Below, piece by piece: positions 57,730 to 64,000 of a DNA stretch of 64,000 nt. The notes below the pieces were generated by a model, which saw only the letters and a program-made list of their open reading frames with translations, was not told the origin of the DNA and did no database searches. Numbering within the stretch: the stretch's first letter is position 1; each line of letters begins with the position of its first letter. The stretch covers positions 195-64,194 of the forward strand of contig CAZCOA010000009.1 of assembly GCA_964500225.1 (NCBI GenBank), read 5' to 3'. This DNA comes from an uncultured Anaerolineaceae bacterium (GTDB taxonomy: Bacteria; Planctomycetota; Phycisphaerae; FEN-1346; JAACEH01). The position numbers and the translations under genes are program-made.

Positions 57730-60111
57730 TCACTTGCGCGGCTTACGTTTTTCCAGCGGGTTCTCGCTTTTCTTGGCCGCGTTCTGAAGGCGTTCCACCT
57801 GACCCATCTGGGCCTCGATCCATTGGCCGATGCGACCCGGCTTTTTTTCCTTGCGCGGTTTCTGCGGGCGGAGCTTCAGCTTCGCGTAGTGCCATCGGAT
57901 GTACTTGCCCTCGAAGAAGCCCAGCACGGAGCTAACTAGAATGTAAAGGTTCAGCGCGCTGGGCGCCGTGTACAGGAAGAACAGCAGCATGGCCGGCGTC
58001 ATGAACTTCATCATCTGCTGCTGCCTGGCCATCTCGGGGGTCGTGGCGGCCGACTGCGGCTGCATGCGCATCTGGAGGAACATGGCCACGATCATCAGCA
58101 CCGGCAACACGTTGAGCTGCCATTGGGCCCAGTTGCCGATGAACGACACGCCCCAGACATCCACCGGGGTAAACTGCACCAGGGCGTCCGGCTGGGCCAG
58201 GTCCTGAATCCACAGGACGAACGGCGCGTGACGCAGGCTGATCGCCACCTGGATCCCTGTGTACAACGCGATCCAGACCGGCATCTGCAACGCCATCGGC
58301 ACGCATCCGAGCATCGGGTTGGCCCCGCGCTCGCGATACAGCTTCAGCGATTCCATCTGTACACGCTTTGGATCGTCGCCGAACTGCTCCTTCAGCTTGG
58401 CCACCTCGGGTTGCAAGTCCTGCATCCGCAGCATCGACACTTGGCTGTAACGACTGATCGGCAGCATCAGCAGGCGGACCACCACCACCAGCAGAATGAC
58501 GGCGACACCCTTGTTGACCACGACGTCGGCAAACTTGTCGATGGCCCAGACCATGACTTTGCTGATGAACGCGACGCCGGGGATATCGACGCAGCACCCG
58601 CGGTTGTAGCTGATGACCGAACCGAGGTTGCGCTCGCGCAGCATCGGCCGGTCCAGCAAGTTGGCATCCTTGGGGCCGGCAAACAGATAAAAGCCGGCGG
58701 CCAGCACCGAGCGGCCGTCCTTCTCCTGAAACCGCAGCGGGAAGGTGCGCATCAGGACGCCCGGCACGGTTTCCTTCTTGTCATCGGTGTAGGCCGGGTA
58801 CGCCGCGGCATGTTCGAACCGGCACGACAGGTCGGCCAGGTCGGCGCGCACGGCCACGAACGTGAAGTACTTGTCCACCATGCCGGCCCAGTCCAGCGGC
58901 GCAGGGAAGGTGAATTTCTCCTTCTCGGCGTTGCTCTTGATGGCATTTCCGGCGTCGTTGCCGCTCTTGAATTCGGCGGCGCGTCTCATGTCGATGAATC
59001 CGGCGACGGCCATGCGGTCGTCGCCGCGCGATTCCTCTTTCATGAGGCCCTCGGGGCCGCGCAGTGTCACGGCGCAACTGCTGAGCAGGCCGGAGTGGTC
59101 CACGGCCTCGATGTCCATGCCCAAGAGAAACGCGCCGCCGTCGCCGAACAAGTCGTCGCCTTCGACCGTCCGCCGGGCCAGGTGAAATGTGCGGTACAGG
59201 GTCACGAAGGGTTCGCCCTCGCGTCGAATGGTCAGCTTCAGGCGCACTCGCTCGGCCGTCGGCTCGCCGTCGAGTTGCCACGGGGCCTCCCAGCCGAGGG
59301 AACGGCCGAGAATCGCCCGGCCTTTGTCCAAGGGTTCCGGCTGGAGGATGCCGAGGTCGGCGGCCGTGGAACCTCCGTCGGCCTCGTTGACGCTGAGGGT
59401 GTCCCCCTCGCCGCCGACCAGAATCAGGCCATCGCCGGCCGGACTGATCGAGGCCGCCACGGGCACGATGCCGTTGGCGTTGATCGTGGTGATGACGTCC
59501 TGTACGGTGCGACAGGCCGAAAGGTATATCTTCGCGCCGGACGATCCGTTGCGCAGCTCGATGCTGCCCGGACGCACGCCAGCGCCGCCATGGAGCGCCG
59601 ACAGCGGCATCTCGGGCGGCAGCGACAGGATGACCGTTTCGGCCGGCCGGTTGTCGCGGTACGTCAGGTCCAGCCGTGTCACGGCGAAACCCGGGCGGCC
59701 GAGGTCCCGCTGGATCAGGGGAAAGTGCCGTCGCTCCGCGTCGGGCAGGTGGCGGTCGTTCACCGAGGCGTAGTAGTCGCTGAGTTCGAGGTGCCGGATG
59801 CCGCTTCCCCGGGGCGTCAGTTCGACGGCCATGGCGAACGGGCCGCCCCGGACGGCCTCGCCGAGGCGGACCGGCTGCTCGAGGGCTGCGGTCTGCGGTT
59901 CGGCCGGTTCCACCTGAAAACGCACCGCCGGCCCGGCTCCGGAGAGTCCGGTTGTGGTGCCGCCGCCAGGCACCGCCGTCGCCACCTGGACTGCGGGGGG
60001 ACGACCGTTGCCGCCCTTGTCGTGCTGGGTGAAGTACTTGTATCCCAGCACCACGACGACGCCCAGCACCATGAACATCAGCATCCGGACCATGGCGTCT
60101 TTGTTGTTCAC
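57730..60111 (-). CDS. yidC: Membrane protein insertase YidC, long form with an enlarged periplasmic P1 domain and a basic C-terminal tail
   Basis: The conserved core has GCVPMALQMPVWIALY and PSALNLYILVSS. One N-terminal TM. The C-terminal 55 aa are rich in K/R (KLRPQKPRKEKKPGR...KRKPRK). Confidence 0.9.
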   Translation of the reverse strand: MNNKDAMVRMLMFMVLGVVVVLGYKYFTQHDKGGNGRPPAVQVATAVPGGGTTTGLSGAGPAVRFQVEPAEPQTAALEQPVRLGEAVRGGPFAMAVELTPRGSGIRHLELSDYYASVNDRHLPDAERRHFPLIQRDLGRPGFAVTRLDLTYRDNRPAETVILSLPPEMPLSALHGGAGVRPGSIELRNGSSGAKIYLSACRTVQDVITTINANGIVPVAASISPAGDGLILVGGEGDTLSVNEADGGSTAADLGILQPEPLDKGRAILGRSLGWEAPWQLDGEPTAERVRLKLTIRREGEPFVTLYRTFHLARRTVEGDDLFGDGGAFLLGMDIEAVDHSGLLSSCAVTLRGPEGLMKEESRGDDRMAVAGFIDMRRAAEFKSGNDAGNAIKSNAEKEKFTFPAPLDWAGMVDKYFTFVAVRADLADLSCRFEHAAAYPAYTDDKKETVPGVLMRTFPLRFQEKDGRSVLAAGFYLFAGPKDANLLDRPMLRERNLGSVISYNRGCCVDIPGVAFISKVMVWAIDKFADVVVNKGVAVILLVVVVRLLMLPISRYSQVSMLRMQDLQPEVAKLKEQFGDDPKRVQMESLKLYRERGANPMLGCVPMALQMPVWIALYTGIQVAISLRHAPFVLWIQDLAQPDALVQFTPVDVWGVSFIGNWAQWQLNVLPVLMIVAMFLQMRMQPQSAATTPEMARQQQMMKFMTPAMLLFFLYTAPSALNLYILVSSVLGFFEGKYIRWHYAKLKLRPQKPRKEKKPGRIGQWIEAQMGQVERLQNAAKKSENPLEKRKPRK

Positions 60112-60141
60112 GCGAGGCTCCTTACGGTTGAGGCCGCGACG

Positions 60142-60888
60142 CTAGCGCCCGTCGCGCAGCCGCTGGGCATTGATGTTCACCAGGCCGGGGGCTTCCAGGA
60201 TGCCCCGGATGGTGGCCTGGACGTCGTACTCGACGCGCCGCCAAAGCACGCGGTTGCCGTCGAGCAGGCAGTAGCAGGCCCGCGGATCACGGTCCCGCGG
60301 CTGGCCGACGCTGCCGATGTTGATGACGGCCCGCCGCTGGTCGATCCGGAACTGCGAATCCAGGTCGCCCGGCGTCAGGAACCGGTAGTCTTCGGTAAAC
60401 ACTCCGGGCATGTGCGTGTGCCCGACGAAGCAGACCGACGGAATCCGGTCGAAGATCGTAGCCATCTTCTCCCGGTTCACCTGCGGGTCGTCGGGGAAGA
60501 TGTATTCGTGCAGCGGGCGCCGCGGCGAGCCGTGAACGAAGAGAATCTGCCGTTCGAACCGATGGACCGGCAGACCGGCCAGAAACTCCCATCGCTGGCC
60601 CCTGAGGGCGGCGTCGGGCTCGGCGTCCAGCTTCTCGCGGGTCCAGAAAATGGCCTTTTCGGCGGCGGCATTGAACCCGCCCGGCTCCAGCAGGACGGCG
60701 TGGTCGTGGTTGCCCATGAGGCACAGGTCGAACTGCATGGCCAAGTCGAGGCACTCGCCGGGGTTCGGCCCGTAGCCGACCACGTCGCCCAGGCAATAGA
60801 CGGCCTCGGCGCCCTGATTTTTCAGGTCTTCCAGGACGGCCTCCAGGGCCGACAGGTTCGAATGGATGTCGCTGATCAGCGCCAGCAC
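60142..60888 (-). CDS. Calcineurin-like metallophosphoesterase
   Basis: ISDIHSN, CLGDVVGYG, GNHD, VHGSP, GHTH motifs in canonical order. Confidence 0.85.
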   Translation of the reverse strand: MLALISDIHSNLSALEAVLEDLKNQGAEAVYCLGDVVGYGPNPGECLDLAMQFDLCLMGNHDHAVLLEPGGFNAAAEKAIFWTREKLDAEPDAALRGQRWEFLAGLPVHRFERQILFVHGSPRRPLHEYIFPDDPQVNREKMATIFDRIPSVCFVGHTHMPGVFTEDYRFLTPGDLDSQFRIDQRRAVINIGSVGQPRDRDPRACYCLLDGNRVLWRRVEYDVQATIRGILEAPGLVNINAQRLRDGR

Positions 60889-60976
60889 GCAACTACCTCC
60901 GTCTTCGGCCGCAACAGGGAGAGCGGCCGCCGGATCGCGGCGGCGCGGCAGGACACGTCCGGTCCCGGCGGGGCGG

Positions 60977-61141
60977 TCAATCGAGCGGCTCGTCGGCCTG
61001 ATCGATCAGCAGCACGGGAACCCCATCGCGAATGGGAAATCGGCGGCCGCATTCCTGGCACAGAAGCGTCTGGTCCTCCTGGATCAGCCGCACCTTGCAC
61101 TTCGGGCACGCCAGGAGCTTCAAGAATTCCGGGTCCAGCAC
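60977..61141 (-). CDS. Trm112/UPF0434 (YcaR-like) zinc-ribbon protein, 54 aa; absent from the supplied ORF track
   Basis: My own reverse-strand translation: VLDPELLKLLACPKCKVRLIQEDQTLLCQECGRRFPIRDGVPVLLIDQADEPLD. Has the CPxC...CxxC pattern and the PIRDGIPVLL-type signature. GTG start follows AGGAAAGG. Confidence 0.7.
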   Translation of the reverse strand: MLDPEFLKLLACPKCKVRLIQEDQTLLCQECGRRFPIRDGVPVLLIDQADEPLD

Positions 61142-61243
61142 GGCACGCGCCTTTCCTAGAGAGGGACTCTCCGCCTCTGCGGCAGAGAGAGTCTATCGGC
61201 GACCCCCTGCAAGTCAACAGTTTTCTCCCGCCTGCCGGGTGCC

Positions 61244-62014
61244 TCACGATCGCCGCTGCTTGCGTCGCATCCAGTTCTCGACGTAATCGGCCAGTTCCTG
61301 GCCGCGGAGTTGGTGCATGGCCTTCAGGTGGACGATCCGTTCCTGCTCGCTGTCGAATTCGCTTTGCATCCGCGACACGCGGAACCGGCCGAGCCGCAGG
61401 GCCTCCACCAATTCCTCATCGCTGCGCAGCTCATACTCGAACTCGGTGGCGCACCAGCCGACGCGCCACGGACTATGGGCATCGCTGCCGGCGATGCCGC
61501 GAAGGCGAAAACGACCTGCGAACATCGCCGCCGCTTCGTTTTCCTGCGGCGTGCAGCCGCCGTTATAGATCTCCACCCCCGTCAGCGGCTGGACCAGCTC
61601 GGGCAGCACCATACCCCGCCGCCAGTCGAATCCGATGTCCTCGAAATACGTCCACAGGCCGCTGTGGACCTGCTGGCGGAACGGATGAGCGGCAAACATG
61701 ACCCCGCCTTCGCGCTCCACGGTTCGGGCCAGACGACGGAAGCTAATAGGTGTTTCCGGGAAGTCCTGCTTGACGCCGTACACGAGGATGTCGCCGAGCT
61801 CTTCCGTCTGCACCTCGACTCCGGCGAAGACGGTCAACCCTCGGCGGCGTCCGAGCCGCTGGGCTTTCAGGGCGCCGTCGATCCGATTGTGGTCGGTCAC
61901 GGCCAGACCGTTGAGCCCGACGCTGAGAGCACGTGATACGAGTTCCTCGGCCGACTGGCTGGCGCAGGCGCTGGCCTCGCGTGTATGGGTATGCAAATCA
62001 ACGAGAAACGGCAC
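61244..62014 (-). CDS. PHP-domain metal-dependent phosphoesterase
   Basis: LVDLHTHT and VTDHN motifs. GTG at 62014 follows GAGGAAGG. The upstream part of the track ORF looks non-coding. Confidence 0.75.
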   Translation of the reverse strand: MPFLVDLHTHTREASACASQSAEELVSRALSVGLNGLAVTDHNRIDGALKAQRLGRRRGLTVFAGVEVQTEELGDILVYGVKQDFPETPISFRRLARTVEREGGVMFAAHPFRQQVHSGLWTYFEDIGFDWRRGMVLPELVQPLTGVEIYNGGCTPQENEAAAMFAGRFRLRGIAGSDAHSPWRVGWCATEFEYELRSDEELVEALRLGRFRVSRMQSEFDSEQERIVHLKAMHQLRGQELADYVENWMRRKQRRS

Positions 62015-62080
62015 GTCCCCACCTTCCTCAACACGGTTGCGGCACACGCGATGCCAGGTCACCAAACGCCCCTTGGGCGG

Positions 62081-62110
62081 CTTGTAATGCTCGCCCGGAA
62101 GCCGTATAAT
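62081..62110 (+). promoter_or_regulatory. Sigma70-like promoter candidate: TTGTAA, 18-nt spacer, TATAAT
   Basis: TTGTAA at 62081-62086 and a perfect TATAAT at 62105-62110, in the divergent gap between the PHP and FHA genes. Confidence 0.35.
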
Positions 62111-62253
62111 AAACACGTGAGTCGACGATTGCAAGATCAGACCTGTGCTGAAGCTATCGTCCGGCTTCGCGTCGGCCCCAGGGGGGAAACGATCACGGCT
62201 TTGTCCCCGGAAAGCGCCGCCGGCAGGGCCGGGGCCGTAGGCCCGGGTTGCGT

Positions 62254-63195
62254 ATGGACCAGGTGACCATGAAACCACCGGAAACGCTGCCACAGTTTCA
62301 CCTAATGGCCATGGACCCTCGGGATCCCAGTGTCCATGACAACGGGCTTCTGGTCGTGGTGGTCGGTCGCGAGGCTGGGTGCGAACTGACCTTGAGTGGT
62401 CATTCGGTGAGCGAGTTGCATGCCTGTCTGGTGCGTCGGCGCGACGGGGTGTGGCTGTACGACCTTGGCAGCCGCAACGGCACCAGTGTCAATGGCCGCA
62501 AGGCCCATGCCCAGCGTCTGAACGACGGGGACACGGTACAGTTCGGCAGCCACCGATTTCGCATCCGGATCAGCGGCCAGATGGGGCATCCGGTGACGAC
62601 GCTGGCGGCGTCGCTGCACGATTCGGTAACGGGGCGGACGGAGGTGCTGACGCGGCCGGTGACCGTCGTGGGACGCCGCGAGCAGAGCGACCTGCGGTTG
62701 TCCAGCGACGACGTCAGCCGAGTCCATTGTCTGCTGGTGCGTTGCGGACTGGGGCTGATTGTTCACGACCTTGACAGCCGCAACGGCACGTTCGTCACCG
62801 GGCGGCGGCAGAAGGAGCAACTGCTGACGGGCAACGAAATTCTGATGATCGGCCCCTACGAGTTCCAGGTTCGCATCGGGACGGAGAGCGAGATAGACGC
62901 CGCGGCAGGGGCGCAGACCCGGCCCGAGGCCGACGACGTATGGGCCGCCGTGGCCGAGGAGACGCGGCTGGGGTCGCATCCCCGCGACGAGACACCCCCG
63001 GCATCGCCGGCCGACGGTGCGCCCGGTGCGGCCGCGACCGGGTCGGCGGGCGGTGAGGACGATTTCGATTCGCTTATCGCCGATGCCCTGGGCGAGTCGT
63101 CCCCGGGCCCCTCGGCGGCCGAGGCCCTGGACGACCTGTGCGCCGACGAGCGGGACGAGGCCGACCAAGGCCCCGAGGCCGAGGACCGTGCGTAG
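62254..63195 (+). CDS. Protein with two FHA domains and an acidic disordered tail
   Basis: Two copies of the FHA pattern (GREAGCELTL...VSELHA...DLGSRNGTSVNG; GRREQSDLRL...VSRVHC...DLDSRNGTFVTG). Other in-frame starts: 62248 (TTG), 62269 and 62305 (ATG). Confidence 0.8.
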   Translation: MDQVTMKPPETLPQFHLMAMDPRDPSVHDNGLLVVVVGREAGCELTLSGHSVSELHACLVRRRDGVWLYDLGSRNGTSVNGRKAHAQRLNDGDTVQFGSHRFRIRISGQMGHPVTTLAASLHDSVTGRTEVLTRPVTVVGRREQSDLRLSSDDVSRVHCLLVRCGLGLIVHDLDSRNGTFVTGRRQKEQLLTGNEILMIGPYEFQVRIGTESEIDAAAGAQTRPEADDVWAAVAEETRLGSHPRDETPPASPADGAPGAAATGSAGGEDDFDSLIADALGESSPGPSAAEALDDLCADERDEADQGPEAEDRA

Positions 63196-63249
63196 CGGCC
63201 TGCGGTAGCGACTTCACGGACGACCGGCATTCACAGGGACGGCGGACTG

Positions 63250-64000
63250 ATGCCCCACCGCGACAACAATCACTCGCTTGATATTCATCCGACCGATTTG
63301 CGCCCGGCTCGACGGGCCGACCTCGTGCCGCCTGCGACGCCGGCGCCCCTCCCGACGCCCGGCGAATCGTCCAGCCCGACCCAGACCGAGGCTCAGGCCC
63401 TCCTGGCCGCCGAGCGGCGACGCATGGAAAAGGATATGGCCGACCTGCGCCGCGAACTGGCCGCCGAGCGTCAGGCCCTGGCCGCACGCCAGGCGATGCT
63501 CGACGCTCAGCACCAGCAGCGACAAGACGAGTCGCAGAAGCTTCTGGACGCTGAGCGGCAACGGTTGAAGCAGATGGATGCCGAATTGGCGGCCGCGCGG
63601 CAAGCCCTCGAGTTGGAGCGTCGTGCCCTGGACGAGGAGCGGACCCGGCTCTTGGACGAACGAGCACAGGCGGAGCGAGACCGCGACGCATTGGACCGGC
63701 AGCGCGACGCTCTTGCCAATCAGTCGCAGTCGCTCGAAGCCGAACGGCGTCAGGTCGCTGCGTTGCGGCTGGAGATCGGCCAAGAGCAATCGCAGTTGGA
63801 GGACGCAAAGCGGCGGCTCGACGAGCAGACGCAACGCCTGGCCGACCAGACCCGCGCCTTGGAGGTCGAGCGAGAAACCCTGGCCCGCCAGCGTCAGGAA
63901 CTTGAGACCACTCGCCGCGACCTCCAGCAGCAGGGCCTCGACCTGGATCGGCAACGCCGGCAGTTGCAGTTGCAGGCGGCGCAATTGGAGGCGGGTGAGG
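63250..64000 (+). CDS. Long coiled-coil protein, 3' end beyond the window; absent from the ORF track because no stop lies in the window
   Basis: My own translation from ATG 63250: MPHRDNNHSLDIHPTDL...AAERRRMEKDMADLRRELAAERQALAARQAMLDAQHQQ...RQRRQLQLQAAQLEAGE. The frame is open from 63196 to the window end. Continuous E/R/Q/L/A heptad-like repeats. Confidence 0.65.
   Translation, partial: MPHRDNNHSLDIHPTDLRPARRADLVPPATPAPLPTPGESSSPTQTEAQALLAAERRRMEKDMADLRRELAAERQALAARQAMLDAQHQQRQDESQKLLDAERQRLKQMDAELAAARQALELERRALDEERTRLLDERAQAERDRDALDRQRDALANQSQSLEAERRQVAALRLEIGQEQSQLEDAKRRLDEQTQRLADQTRALEVERETLARQRQELETTRRDLQQQGLDLDRQRRQLQLQAAQLEAGE

Noticed and set aside
60876-61247. 123-aa reverse-strand track ORF spanning the gap between the metallophosphoesterase and PHP genes.
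   Set aside because: The translation is Arg/Gly/Pro-rich with no motifs. A different reverse frame encodes the well-formed Trm112-like 54-aa protein.
63201-63212. TGCGGTAGCGAC between the FHA and coiled-coil genes, resembling the enterobacterial ops antitermination element (GGCGGTAGCGTG as I recall it).
   Set aside because: It is a partial match only, in a GC-rich genome, and not upstream of the polysaccharide operon. There is no evidence for an RfaH-type factor here, so it is most likely chance.
1-64000. A search by eye for CRISPR arrays, tRNA/rRNA genes, IS elements, integrases, toxin-antitoxin pairs and known defence-system signatures.
   Set aside because: No regularly spaced direct repeats, no tRNA-sized conserved structures in the few intergenic gaps over 200 bp, and no transposase, integrase or nuclease/helicase-type ORFs were seen. 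All sizeable ORFs are accounted for by metabolic, envelope or housekeeping families.

Overview
High-GC, gene-dense bacterial chromosomal window with about 50 protein-coding genes. I found no rRNA, tRNA, CRISPR array, transposase or integrase. Gene content suggests Planctomycetota (Phycisphaerae-like): a long YidC with a basic tail, TAT-signal DUF362, FAD/HEAT and xylose-isomerase-like TIM proteins, and FHA proteins. This is an inference only. Layout: (i) 1-4.4 kb holds a 5'-truncated Cu-type P1B ATPase and an MsbA-like ABC exporter. (ii) 4.8-40.6 kb is a ~36 kb exosortase-centred exopolysaccharide locus. Its core operon encodes a Wza-like exporter, an exosortase with a long N-terminal extension, EpsI, a ~1565-aa TPR protein and a Wzc-type BY-kinase. 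A sigma70-like promoter and a strong intrinsic terminator bound this operon. It is followed by a WlbA/B/C/D-like diacetamido-uronic-acid gene set, Wzy, Wzx (the only minus-strand gene in the locus), a FemAB-like protein, a YdjC-like deacetylase, a CapK-like ligase, four GT4s and one GT2. The locus ends with two different priming phosphoglycosyl transferases, an ATP-grasp enzyme, a HAD hydrolase and a second DegT aminotransferase. (iii) 40.7-64 kb is housekeeping and miscellaneous: DUF362, a double-FAD/HEAT oxidoreductase, rpsA, a radical SAM protein, a PQQ-type beta-propeller, a flavin reductase, a MalY-like lyase, cstA plus PilZ, yidC, a sub-threshold Trm112-like ORF, a PHP phosphoesterase, a double-FHA protein and a coiled-coil protein running off the right edge. 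The best candidate for something new is the exosortase locus. It stands out for the N-terminally extended exosortase, the disordered insertion in Wza, several amide-bond-forming enzymes, and the lack of any PEP-CTERM substrate or PrsK/PrsR regulator in 64 kb. Most long antisense ORFs in the track are high-GC artefacts. All functional calls rest on motif recognition by eye, because no database search was possible.
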